IMG/VR virus record: IMGVR_UViG_3300044984_000894
Length of the DNA: 35,813 nucleotides
Strand: one strand, 5' to 3'
Origin: a virus
The notes under the pieces were generated by a model, which did not search any database, was not told where the DNA came from, and saw nothing but the letters and a program-made list of their open reading frames with translations. This document shows positions 1 to 8,558 of the stretch, one piece after another. Both the position numbers and the translations under genes were made by a program. The first letter of the stretch is position 1. Every line of letters starts with the position of its first letter.

Positions 1-127
1 TTAACAGAAGATCAGTTAGCTGTTGCCTTGATGGATGAAGATACTGAGATATTAGAATTAACTGAAGATGAAAGTCAATCAGAAAATCCATTAGAGCAAG
101 AACCTGTTACTTATAGTGCAAAGATTA
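1..127. repeat. Terminal overlap, copy 1 (identical to 35687..35813)
   Basis: Base-by-base comparison of ttaacagaagatcagttagctgttgcc...agtgcaaagatta at both window ends shows identity. Confidence 0.95.
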
Positions 128-1722
128 AGGTAACAGAGAAGTGTGGGAAGATTTGTATTGATCCTGTAGCGCCTGAAGAATTTAGAGTCAACACGCAACA
201 TAACAATATCAGTTTAGCTAATGCTAGATTTACATGTCACATTGTAAACAAGACACTTTCTGACCTAAGAGAAGAAGGTTACAAAGATGAAGACATTGAA
301 GATTTAGTTAGTTCTGATTTGCTTAGGTCTGCATATAGATTTAACTATCAGAATGAACCAACACAAGTTCCATCAGTATTAAGTTCAGATGATGCTAACA
401 GATTAGTAGAGGTTACTGAGTGTTATCTAAAGCTTGATGTCAATGGTGATGGAATAGCTGAATTAATGAAAGTAACAGTTGCAGGAGTTGAAACTCCAAC
501 TGTTATTTTAAGCATGGAAGAAATAGATAGTTTACCTTGGATTAGCACCACAGCGATATTAATGTCACACAAGTTCCAAGGATTATCAATCTATGACCGC
601 CTGAAGTCTATCCAAGACAATAAGACCGCAATTATCCGTAATATTATGGATAACATGTACTTGCAAAACAATCAGCGCAATGTTGTTCTTGAAGGTCAAG
701 TAAATCTTGATGACCTATTAGTATCAAGACCTGGTGGTTTAATCCGTGTAAAAAGAACAGATGCAATCATGCCATTGCAAACACCTGCTATAGGTGACGC
801 TGCTTTCACAATGATGCAGTATCTTGATGAAGTTAAGGCAGGTCGTACAGGCGTGTCTGGTGATGGTACTGCTTCACCTGAAAATATTGGCAATGCAGTT
901 GGCTCACAAGGTGTTGAGCGTATGATGAACGCCAAAGAGGAACTGGTTGGTTTAATCATTCGTGTTATCTGTGAAACTGGAATTAAGCCTTTATGTAATA
1001 AGATTCGTGATCTTGTTACCATGCACGTTGATACTATAGAAGATTTTAAGTTTCGTGGTCAATGGGTCAAGGTTAATCCATCTGAGTGGGAAGAAAGAAC
1101 AAGAAGTTCAGTGAGAGTTGGAACTGGAACTGGTGATACTAGAGCAAAGCTTGCAGCCATACAACAGGTTCAGTTACTGCAAGAAAAGATTATGAGTATG
1201 CCAAATCAAACGCTTACTAATCCTAACAAGATATATGCCACTATAGATGACTTCTGTAAGTTCTCAGGACTAGACTCGGCTAATAAATATTTTGTTGATC
1301 CAGCAAGTCCAGAAGGTCAGCAAGCAGCACAACAATCACAGCAAACACAACAGCAACAACAGCAAGAATCGCAACAAGCACAACTTGAACAGATGCGTAT
1401 GCAAGCAGAGCTGGCTAAATCAGCAACTACTACAGCAGAAGCGCAGATGCAGAATGTAGCTATCAAAGGTCAGGTTGAGTTAGGTAAACATCAACGTGAA
1501 ATGGAAAAACAATCATTTCAGATTCAGTTGGAGCAGTTAAAGGCTGAATTAGACAAAGCTAAGGCTGTTCAAATAGCTGAAAAAGATTTAGAAGATATAA
1601 AGTTTAAGTATGACCAGTTGTATGCTCAAACAGCACTTAAATTGACAGAGTTGGAATCATCATCAAATACATTTCAAGATGTTAATTATGAGCAGAACAG
1701 GAACAATATGTATGACGGTTGA
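1..1722 (+). CDS. Portal protein, C-terminal 573 codons (continues from 35252..35813 across the circular junction; 718 aa in total)
   Basis: The frame is open from window position 1 and in phase with the ORF starting at 35252. It lies directly after terL and before scaffold and capsid. The size and the Q-rich coiled-coil tail (QQAAQQSQQTQQQQQQESQQAQLEQMRMQ...) fit a podovirus-type portal. Confidence 0.85.
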   Translation, partial: LTEDQLAVALMDEDTEILELTEDESQSENPLEQEPVTYSAKIKVTEKCGKICIDPVAPEEFRVNTQHNNISLANARFTCHIVNKTLSDLREEGYKDEDIEDLVSSDLLRSAYRFNYQNEPTQVPSVLSSDDANRLVEVTECYLKLDVNGDGIAELMKVTVAGVETPTVILSMEEIDSLPWISTTAILMSHKFQGLSIYDRLKSIQDNKTAIIRNIMDNMYLQNNQRNVVLEGQVNLDDLLVSRPGGLIRVKRTDAIMPLQTPAIGDAAFTMMQYLDEVKAGRTGVSGDGTASPENIGNAVGSQGVERMMNAKEELVGLIIRVICETGIKPLCNKIRDLVTMHVDTIEDFKFRGQWVKVNPSEWEERTRSSVRVGTGTGDTRAKLAAIQQVQLLQEKIMSMPNQTLTNPNKIYATIDDFCKFSGLDSANKYFVDPASPEGQQAAQQSQQTQQQQQQESQQAQLEQMRMQAELAKSATTTAEAQMQNVAIKGQVELGKHQREMEKQSFQIQLEQLKAELDKAKAVQIAEKDLEDIKFKYDQLYAQTALKLTELESSSNTFQDVNYEQNRNNMYDG

Positions 1723-1948
1723 AGATGAGATAGAGTTAGGTAATAGAGCAAACAGAGCTTACTCAAATTACTTGGCTGATTATATTATTAAGAAAAATGC
1801 AGATTTATATAGGCAGTTTTTGTTTACAGATGATATAGAAAGTTTAAAATTAATAAAGGCTCAACAAAAGGCATTACAAATTATTGAAAATGATATAACT
1901 TCAGATATAGAAACTGGGCGATTAGCTCAACTACAAAAAGGAAATTAA
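1712..1948 (+). CDS. Hypothetical 78-aa protein (MTVEDEIELGNRANRAYSNYL...)
   Basis: The ATG at 1712 overlaps the portal stop by 11 nt. The track ORF 1679..1948 begins earlier inside the portal gene. Helical, charged protein with no family recognised. Confidence 0.5.
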   Translation: MTVEDEIELGNRANRAYSNYLADYIIKKNADLYRQFLFTDDIESLKLIKAQQKALQIIENDITSDIETGRLAQLQKGN

Positions 1949-1950
1949 AA

Positions 1951-3036
1951 ATGTCAGACCAAGCTACTACTTCAACGGCTGAACTTTCGAGTGAAGCTGG
2001 AAGCGTAAATATGGTGGATCAAATTGCTAACCTGTTATCAGGTGAACCAGAAAAAGAATCTGTTAAGAAGCCAGAAATTGAAGAATCAGAGGAGGATGAT
2101 ACCCAACCAGACGATTCTACCCAAGAGATGGAAGATGCAGATAATGAGGAAACAGATGATGTTGAAGAAACTGAGTCTGATGAAGATGTCACTTGGGCAA
2201 ATACCCTTGGCATTGATGAAAAAAATGTAGTCCTTGATGAAGAAGGTAACTTAGCTGGGATCAATGTAAAGGTTGATGGAAAAGTAAGTACAGTTGGAGT
2301 TAAAGACTTGATTGCTGGATACCAAAGCAATAAGAGCAATACTAATAAGTCAAAACAACTTGCTGATGATAGGCGAGATTTTGACAATATTAAGAACGCT
2401 GTTGCTAATGAGTATGTAAGCAAGATAGAAACAGTTAATAAACTGACACAGCATCTTAAAGATACCTTAATGGGGAGTTATAAGGATGTTGATTGGAATA
2501 GACTTAGAGTTGATAATCCTGGCGAATACGCTGCAATGGTTCAAGATTTCAATTTACGCAATAGTGAAATAGAACAAATTTCAAGTGCAGTAAATAATGA
2601 AATGCAGGGCATTGGTCAACAAATGACCGCAGAACAACAGGCTATTCAACAAGAGTATATTAAAAGTCAGGCTGATAAGGTCTTAGAGAAAAATCCTTCA
2701 TGGGCAAAGCCTGAAGTATTCAAAAAAGCTTTAACAGATATGACTGATTTTGTAGCAGATGCTTATGGTTTTACGCCAGAAGAGTTTGGTGGAATACAAG
2801 ATGCTAGAATGTTAGAAGTGGTAAAAGATGCCATGAAATATCGTTCAAGTATAAAGAATGTTAAAACTAAACTTGATGTTAATTTACCTAAGTATCAAAA
2901 AAGCTCAGGAAAAACAACCAAATCAGTTACTAAACTTGATAAACTAACAAAGATTGCAAAATCTTCTAATGGTTATCAAAAACGTAACGCTGAAACTGAT
3001 GCCGTAGCAGAGTTGCTCGGTGGATTATATAATTAA
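1951..3036 (+). CDS. Putative scaffolding protein
   Basis: Lies between portal and major capsid. Has a very acidic N-terminus (EESEEDDTQPDDSTQEMEDADNEETDDVEETESDED) followed by long helical Q/K/E-rich segments. Confidence 0.6.
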   Translation: MSDQATTSTAELSSEAGSVNMVDQIANLLSGEPEKESVKKPEIEESEEDDTQPDDSTQEMEDADNEETDDVEETESDEDVTWANTLGIDEKNVVLDEEGNLAGINVKVDGKVSTVGVKDLIAGYQSNKSNTNKSKQLADDRRDFDNIKNAVANEYVSKIETVNKLTQHLKDTLMGSYKDVDWNRLRVDNPGEYAAMVQDFNLRNSEIEQISSAVNNEMQGIGQQMTAEQQAIQQEYIKSQADKVLEKNPSWAKPEVFKKALTDMTDFVADAYGFTPEEFGGIQDARMLEVVKDAMKYRSSIKNVKTKLDVNLPKYQKSSGKTTKSVTKLDKLTKIAKSSNGYQKRNAETDAVAELLGGLYN

Positions 3037-3056
3037 TTTTTTAAAAGGGTATCGAA

Positions 3057-4118
3057 ATGAGTACAGCTAACTTAGATGCAGCAACACTTAAAGGTGTTGT
3101 TCGTGGCGGTTTAATCCGTGAAGATGTAATGAACCAAATCTGGGATATTTCTAAAATCCCATTACCATTTACTGATGCGATTGGCACTGAAACTTCAGGC
3201 AATCCATACAAAGAGTGGACAACTGATGCACTTGCTGCACCAAACTTAACTAACGCTGTTATTGACGGCTCAGATGCTTCAGGTAACAACACTGTTACTG
3301 GCTTAAGAGTTGGTAATCATCACCAAATTTCTACTAAAGTTGTTCGTACATCTTTCAGAGCAGATTCTTCTGATGTGATTGGTCGTACTAAAGAGTTGTC
3401 TTATCAAATGATGCGTAGACAACAAGAGTTGCGTCGTGACGTTGAAGCTATTGCTTTAACTAACCAAGCATCTTTTGCTGATACTGGCTCTGCTGCTGGT
3501 AACGCTGGTGGTTTACCATCTTGGTTGACTACCAACTTCTCAGCTGGTGCAACTGGCGCAATCGGTGGCTTCCAATCTTCAGGTGTAACTCTAAAGCGTA
3601 CTTATGGTACTGCTAGAGCGTTGACTGAAACTCTTGTGCGTGATGCAGTTCAATCTGTTTACTCACAAGGTGGCGATCCAACTATCATGATGTCAGTACC
3701 TGGTGTTATTCGTAGATTCAGCGAGTATTTATTTACTTCTTCTGCTCGTGTAGCAACATTGATGTCAGATCAAGGAAAATCAGCTTCTGCTGCAACTGCA
3801 ATGGGTGCTGTGAATGTATTTGTAACTGACTTTGGTACTTTGAAATTAGTTCCAAACCGTTTGCAAATTCCTTACACTGGCACAGCTGGTTCTACAACTG
3901 GTGTTTATGCTTCTTCTGGCGTATCTGCTGACGTATTTATCCTTGATCCTTCATACTTGGCTATGTCTTATTTAAAAGGCTACAGAACTGAAGAATTGGC
4001 TAAAACTGGTCTTGCAGAAAACCGTCAAATGTCTGTTGATTGGACATTGATATGCAACACTGAGAAGTCACACGCAATCATTGGTGATATTACCATTGCA
4101 TCTGCTGTAACTGCTTAA
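3057..4118 (+). CDS. Major capsid protein (presumably HK97 fold)
   Basis: 353 aa, with RBS aaaggg upstream. Follows the scaffold gene and is followed by a strong hairpin. N-terminal motif NPYKEWTTDAL and overall composition resemble podovirus coat proteins. Confidence 0.8.
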   Translation: MSTANLDAATLKGVVRGGLIREDVMNQIWDISKIPLPFTDAIGTETSGNPYKEWTTDALAAPNLTNAVIDGSDASGNNTVTGLRVGNHHQISTKVVRTSFRADSSDVIGRTKELSYQMMRRQQELRRDVEAIALTNQASFADTGSAAGNAGGLPSWLTTNFSAGATGAIGGFQSSGVTLKRTYGTARALTETLVRDAVQSVYSQGGDPTIMMSVPGVIRRFSEYLFTSSARVATLMSDQGKSASAATAMGAVNVFVTDFGTLKLVPNRLQIPYTGTAGSTTGVYASSGVSADVFILDPSYLAMSYLKGYRTEELAKTGLAENRQMSVDWTLICNTEKSHAIIGDITIASAVTA

Positions 4119-4125
4119 TATTGAT

Positions 4126-4156
4126 AGCCCACTGTAACAGGTGGGCTTTCTTTTAT
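4126..4156 (+). terminator. Rho-independent terminator/attenuator after the capsid gene
   Basis: AGCCCAC-tgtaacag-GTGGGCT followed by ttcttttat. Confidence 0.6.
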
Positions 4157-4169
4157 CTGAGGAATAAAC

Positions 4170-4334
4170 ATGGCTACAACAAAAGAAAAAGAAGTAAAAC
4201 CAAAAACAATTAAAATTAAAAACATTTGGACTGATCCAATTAGTTTTGAAAGTGGTGTTATTGCACCAAACGCTGAAGGTGAAGTATCTTTAGCAGAAGC
4301 AGAAGCATTATCAGAATTTGTACAAAAGGTGTAA
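4170..4334 (+). CDS. Hypothetical 54-aa protein (MATTKEKEVKPKTIKIKNIWTDPISFESG...)
   Basis: Not in the ORF track (<60 aa). RBS ctgaGGAataaac precedes the ATG. Fills the gap between the capsid terminator and the next gene. Confidence 0.5.
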   Translation: MATTKEKEVKPKTIKIKNIWTDPISFESGVIAPNAEGEVSLAEAEALSEFVQKV

Positions 4335-4337
4335 GCA

Positions 4338-4661
4338 ATGGATAGTGTAATTAAAAGTGACATGCACTATGATGCTCAAAGCAATACAGTTACTCATGTT
4401 ACAACACAGCCTACTGAAAAGATTATCCTTGAACGTAATGCTGAGTTAAGAAAGAATCAAGGTGCTTTACATGATTTAGGTAAACAAAGTGGAGAATCTT
4501 TTGGTCGTATGGTAGCATCTATACCATTCATTATGTTTGAGAAAGCATTAAGAGATGGATACGATCTTAACAGTCCAGACAGCCAAATTGCAGGTCAAGA
4601 GATGAACAGATTTCTAAAGTCAACAGAAGGGAAGATGTGCCTAGTTCAAGGTAAGCACTGA
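4338..4661 (+). CDS. Hypothetical head-module protein, 107 aa
   Basis: ORF in the operon; its stop overlaps the next start (ATGA-type junction at 4661). Confidence 0.6.
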   Translation: MDSVIKSDMHYDAQSNTVTHVTTQPTEKIILERNAELRKNQGALHDLGKQSGESFGRMVASIPFIMFEKALRDGYDLNSPDSQIAGQEMNRFLKSTEGKMCLVQGKH

Positions 4662-4933
4662 TGGCTAAGTTCCTTGATTTTGCAAGAAACGTATGGATAG
4701 GAAGTAAAAATCCAGATGAAGGAAGATTAAGCTTAAAAGGATTGGGAAAGCCTCAAATAGTTACACCAACATTAATTGGCATGACATTAGCTCAAGCTAC
4801 CAATGCTTTGGTATCTGCTAGTTTGGAACTAGGAACAGTTACATTAACAACAGGATTAGTAACAGCTCAAAGTGTAGCTGCATACACTAATGTATCACCT
4901 GGTACTATCGTTAATATTACATTAACTTCATGA
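4661..4933 (+). CDS. Small virion-module protein with a PASTA-like C-terminal domain
   Basis: VTPTLIGMTLAQATNALVSASLELGTVTLTTGLVTAQSVAAYTNVSPGTIVNITLTS follows the PASTA pattern (P-x-hhG-x-x-x-x-A-x-x-x-L-x-x-x-G-L ... P-x-x-G-T-x-V-x-h-x-h-S). Confidence 0.5.
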   Translation: MAKFLDFARNVWIGSKNPDEGRLSLKGLGKPQIVTPTLIGMTLAQATNALVSASLELGTVTLTTGLVTAQSVAAYTNVSPGTIVNITLTS

Positions 4934-5169
4934 TTGCTTATATGCCTGACATTAATTGTAGAGTTGCCAAAGTAGAACAGCAAATAGAAGCATTGCTTAA
5001 TGACATACATCATGACCGTGAGGAATCACGTAGACGATCTGATAGAATATTTTTAATATTAGATGAACTTCAAAAAACTACTCATAATAATAAAGGATTT
5101 TTTGGTGGCGTAGTATTTAGTGTTTCAGCTATTTTTGCTTTTATTGTATATTTAACGAGCAAGAATTAA
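4930..5169 (+). CDS. 79-aa protein with coiled-coil N-terminus and single C-terminal TM helix (possible holin or lysis regulator)
   Basis: FFGGVVFSVSAIFAFIVYLTS is hydrophobic. The stop overlaps the endolysin start (TAATG at 5167-5171). Confidence 0.55.
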   Translation: MIAYMPDINCRVAKVEQQIEALLNDIHHDREESRRRSDRIFLILDELQKTTHNNKGFFGGVVFSVSAIFAFIVYLTSKN

Positions 5170-5600
5170 TGAGTGCATTAGAAATATTAATAAAATTAAT
5201 AAAAGATTCAGAAGGTTGCAAATTAAAATCTTATAAATGCCCAGCAGGAATATGGACTATTGGTTATGGACAAACTAAAGGCGTTAAAGAAGGAATGACA
5301 TGGACACAGCAACAAGCTGATGAAGATATAATTAAAACCGCATTACAGGCTTTTAATGAAGCGATTAAGTCTTCACCAATACTATCAACTGCTAACATGG
5401 AGAAACAAGCTGCAATAGCGGATTTTGTTTATAATTTAGGCATAACGAATTACAATAAATCAACATTAAAACTAAGGGTTGATAAAGGTAACTGGGTTTC
5501 TGCATCAACAGAGATCAAGAAATGGAATAAGAGTAATGGAACTATTCTTAATGGTTTAGTTAAAAGAAGGCAATTAGAAGCTGACTTATTATTGATGTAA
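5169..5600 (+). CDS. Endolysin, GH24 (T4-lysozyme-like) muramidase
   Basis: IKDSEGCKLKSYKCPAGIWTIGYGQT gives the E-x8-(D/C)-x5-T catalytic pattern (E15, C24, T30). FVYNLG and LVKRRQLE are also family-typical. There is no N-terminal SAR/TM segment. Confidence 0.9.
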   Translation: MSALEILIKLIKDSEGCKLKSYKCPAGIWTIGYGQTKGVKEGMTWTQQQADEDIIKTALQAFNEAIKSSPILSTANMEKQAAIADFVYNLGITNYNKSTLKLRVDKGNWVSASTEIKKWNKSNGTILNGLVKRRQLEADLLLM

Positions 5601-5609
5601 GGAATTATA

Positions 5610-6026
5610 ATGGCTATATCGGTTTACACAAAATACACTGCTGGAGTTGAGTCACTGGTAGAAGGAACAAATGCAGGAACAGATGTTTGGAAGGTAGCAT
5701 TAGCAAATACTATCAACATTTCTGATACAACATTTGTAGCTGGAACAACAGATTTAGTTACTGCTGGAGGCTATACAGCTGGTGGTAATACTTGTGCTAC
5801 AACATCATCATCTCAGTCTGGTGGAATATTTAAACTTGTGCTTGCAAGTCCAGCTATTTGGACAGCAACAGGCGCAGGATTTACTTATCGCTATGCGATT
5901 CTCTATAATTCAACACTGAATATTCCAATAGGTTTTTGGGATTATGGCTCAAGCCAACTTATTTCAGCTTCTGAAACAGTGCAGACCGTACTTGATTCGG
6001 TCAATGGCGTGTTTCAAATAACTTAA
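5610..6026 (+). CDS. Hypothetical virion/tail-associated protein, 138 aa
   Basis: RBS aaggaattataATG, identical in form to that of the next gene. T/G/A/S-rich beta-type composition. Confidence 0.6.
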   Translation: MAISVYTKYTAGVESLVEGTNAGTDVWKVALANTINISDTTFVAGTTDLVTAGGYTAGGNTCATTSSSQSGGIFKLVLASPAIWTATGAGFTYRYAILYNSTLNIPIGFWDYGSSQLISASETVQTVLDSVNGVFQIT

Positions 6027-6035
6027 GGAATTATA

Positions 6036-7493
6036 ATGGCTCTTGCATTAAAAGATCGTGTTAAAGAAACAACTATTGTTGTAGGCACAGGAACAGCTAC
6101 TTTATTAGGCTCTAGCATTGGGTTTCAACCTTTTTCTGTTGTTGGCAATGGCAATACTACTTATTATTGTATTTCAGATCAGTTTGGCTCTAACTGGGAA
6201 GTTGGTATTGGCACTTATTCAACCTCTGGAAATACACTTGCTAGAACAACGGTATTGGCATCATCAAATGGTGGAGCATTAGTTGTATTTACTGCTGGGA
6301 TTAAAGATGTATTTGTCACTTATCCTGCTGAGAAAGGCGTTTGGCTTGATGCTTCTGGTAATGCTATAGGTTTAGGAACTCCTGCTGCATTTGTAGGCAC
6401 TAATATTACAGGTACTGCTTCTGGATTAACCGCTGGTAATGTTACTACTAACGCCAATCTTACAGGCGCAGTTACTTCTTCAGGCAATGCAACATCTTTA
6501 GGGTCTTTTACTTCTGCTCAACTAGCACTTGCAATAAGCGATGAAACAGGGACTGGTAAAGCCGTATTTGCAACAAATCCAACATTGACATCGCCAACTT
6601 ATGCAGGAACTCTTACAGGCTCTACTGACATACTAAACATAGGCTCAGGTCAAATCTATAAAGATGCTTCAGGCAACGTGGGGATTGGGACTGCTTCACC
6701 AACTCAAAAGTTACAAGTAGCAGGTAATATAGCTCTGCAAGGTAGTACATCAGGAACTGTAACATTACAAGCACCAGCGGTAGCAGGGAGTACGGTCTTA
6801 ACTTTGCCAGCGGTAACAGGAAACGTCTTAACAACTACAAGTGGTGTAGCACACACAGTCCAAGTATTCACATCAGGCTCAGGCACATACACTCTACCGA
6901 CTAACTGTAAAGCTATTAAGGTCACGATGGTTGGTGGTGGAGGTGGTGGCGGTGGTGGTGGTACTGGTAGTTGGGGTATCGGAGGGGCTGGAGGTAATAC
7001 TACTTTTGGAGCTAATACTGCAAATGGCGGAAACGCACCGGCTGCACCTTATGGTACTGGTGGTGGTGGTGGATCGTTTACTTTAGGTGTTGGCTCAGGG
7101 TATGGGATAGTTGGTGGGGCGGCTGGCGATGGTAGCATAACTACAACTGGAGGTACTGCTAGTAATGGCATAGGTTCAGCAGGAGGAGGCACACCATTCG
7201 GTAGTGGTGGGGCTGGTGGGGCTTATGTTACCAGTGGAAGAGCGGCCTCCGGCAATACAGGCGCTGGGGGTGGTGGTGGAGCTGCTGGTAATGCTACGGC
7301 TACTACTCTTTATGGTGGCAATGGTGGTGGAGGGGCTGGGTATTTAATGTCCTTAATAGCTTCTCCTTCTGCTACCTATTCGTATGCTATAGGGGCTGGA
7401 GGTACAGCCGGTGCAGCCGGTGCAGGGGGAAACGCGCAGGCTGGCGGTGCTGGTGGCTCAGGTGTAATTATAGTGGAGGAATATTATGTTTAA
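6036..7493 (+). CDS. Glycine-rich tail fibre / receptor-binding protein
   Basis: 485 aa. N-terminal fibre-like T/S/G/A repeats. The C-terminal 190 aa are dominated by GG-containing repeats starting at KVTMVGGGGGGGGGGTGSWGIGGAGGNTTFG and ending GGAGGSGVIIVEEY. Confidence 0.75.
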   Translation: MALALKDRVKETTIVVGTGTATLLGSSIGFQPFSVVGNGNTTYYCISDQFGSNWEVGIGTYSTSGNTLARTTVLASSNGGALVVFTAGIKDVFVTYPAEKGVWLDASGNAIGLGTPAAFVGTNITGTASGLTAGNVTTNANLTGAVTSSGNATSLGSFTSAQLALAISDETGTGKAVFATNPTLTSPTYAGTLTGSTDILNIGSGQIYKDASGNVGIGTASPTQKLQVAGNIALQGSTSGTVTLQAPAVAGSTVLTLPAVTGNVLTTTSGVAHTVQVFTSGSGTYTLPTNCKAIKVTMVGGGGGGGGGGTGSWGIGGAGGNTTFGANTANGGNAPAAPYGTGGGGGSFTLGVGSGYGIVGGAAGDGSITTTGGTASNGIGSAGGGTPFGSGGAGGAYVTSGRAASGNTGAGGGGGAAGNATATTLYGGNGGGGAGYLMSLIASPSATYSYAIGAGGTAGAAGAGGNAQAGGAGGSGVIIVEEYYV

Positions 7494-7764
7494 TCTAATA
7501 CGTCACGTTATCTTAAAAGACAATGTTGTGGTCAATGTTATTGAGTATGAATCAGCGCAAACTGGCTGCCCTGAAGGTTTAGAAGATGTCATTGCTTTAG
7601 CTTCAGATGAAGGTCAAATAGGTTGGATATATGCTAACAACACATTCACTGATCCTAACCCACCAGTTGCACCTGATCCATTACCAGAACCAACACCTCA
7701 AGAAAAACTAGCAAATGCAGGTCTTTCAGTGGATGAACTTAAAGAATTATTAGGACTAAAATGA
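7486..7764 (+). CDS. Hypothetical 92-aa protein (possible fibre-associated/assembly protein)
   Basis: Overlaps the fibre stop by 8 nt. N-terminus LKDNVVVNVIEYE followed by a proline-rich linker. Confidence 0.55.
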   Translation: MFNLIRHVILKDNVVVNVIEYESAQTGCPEGLEDVIALASDEGQIGWIYANNTFTDPNPPVAPDPLPEPTPQEKLANAGLSVDELKELLGLK

Positions 7765-7916
7765 TAAACTTAAATTTAACAGTACAAGAAATTAACCTTA
7801 TCCTACAAGCACTGGGTCAAGCACCTTATGCTCAAGTAGCTGAAATTGTAGAGAAGATAAAAGCACAAGCTGTGCCTCAAGTTGAGGTATTACCTAAAGA
7901 AGAGGTTGCTGAGTAA
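7761..7916 (+). CDS. Hypothetical 51-aa protein (MINLNLTVQEINLILQALGQAPYAQVAEIVEKIKAQA...)
   Basis: Not in the track. ATGA overlap with the previous stop. Ends 1 nt before the holin ATG. Confidence 0.5.
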   Translation: MINLNLTVQEINLILQALGQAPYAQVAEIVEKIKAQAVPQVEVLPKEEVAE

Positions 7917-7917
7917 T

Positions 7918-8079
7918 ATGAAAATAGAATGGTCTGAAGCTTCTACTAAACGAGGTATCATATGGGTTGCAACTGCTGTAATAGGAAGTGTATTTGTTTT
8001 CCTAGGTAAGCCTGTAGACCAGTTATTATTACTTGCTGGTGGAGTTGCTGGTGGTCTAGGTGTACTGTTGAAAGACTGA
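7918..8079 (+). CDS. Putative holin, 53 aa with two TM helices
   Basis: MKIEWSEASTKRGIIWVATAVIGSVFVFLGKPVDQLLLLAGGVAGGLGVLLKD. Immediately precedes the spanin pair (TGATG junction at 8077-8081). The track ORF 7882 starts at a TTG inside the previous ORF. Confidence 0.6.
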   Translation: MKIEWSEASTKRGIIWVATAVIGSVFVFLGKPVDQLLLLAGGVAGGLGVLLKD

Positions 8080-8558
8080 TGGGATATATAGTTATTGCCA
8101 TAGCAGTTTTATCTGGAGGGTTTGGGTTTACTTTTTCACATATGATTGATAAAGCTGAGATCCAGCACATGTCTGACAGCATTGCTGCACAAAATAGAGA
8201 AGCAGAACTACAGCTTGCGACGCTGACTGAGAAGGCTACCAAAGCTCATGATGAAGCTTTAAAACTTAACAAAGATTTGGAGGATGCCAATGTATCAGCG
8301 ATCAATGCACTCAATAGTCAACGTGATTCTTTTAAGTCTGTGCGGATGTACGACAGCGGTAGGAAAAGTAGTAGTTGCGCCACAACAAAAAGTAATAGTT
8401 CCCAAGTCGTTATTGAATCAGATGAAAATAGATACGAACTTTCAAACGAACTTACGGAATTTCTCAAGTCTGAAGCCTACAGAGCAGACCAAGTAGCAGA
8501 GTATGCTAAAATATGTCAAAAGTTTGTGGTGGATAATAATTGTGGGATAACTAAATAA
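8079..8558 (+). CDS. i-spanin (Rz-like)
   Basis: N-terminal TM helix (IVIAIAVLSGGFGFTF) followed by a coiled-coil periplasmic domain. Contains the embedded lipoprotein ORF in the +1 frame. Confidence 0.75.
   Translation: MGYIVIAIAVLSGGFGFTFSHMIDKAEIQHMSDSIAAQNREAELQLATLTEKATKAHDEALKLNKDLEDANVSAINALNSQRDSFKSVRMYDSGRKSSSCATTKSNSSQVVIESDENRYELSNELTEFLKSEAYRADQVAEYAKICQKFVVDNNCGITK
8290..8496 (+). CDS. o-spanin (Rz1-like), fully embedded in the i-spanin gene
   Basis: MYQRSMHSIVNVILLSLCGCTTAV is a signal peptide with a lipobox (LSLC/LCGC). The short mature part contains prolines. GGAGG lies 6 nt upstream of the ATG at 8290 (alternative ATG at 8284). Confidence 0.7.
   Translation: MYQRSMHSIVNVILLSLCGCTTAVGKVVVAPQQKVIVPKSLLNQMKIDTNFQTNLRNFSSLKPTEQTK

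Noticed and set aside
6932-6961. Ten consecutive glycine codons (ggt ggt gga ggt ggt ggc ggt ggt ggt ggt) as a possible slippage/phase-variation tract.
   Set aside because: The tract is interrupted by gga and ggc, and any slippage by a whole codon stays in frame. Without population data there is no evidence of length variation.
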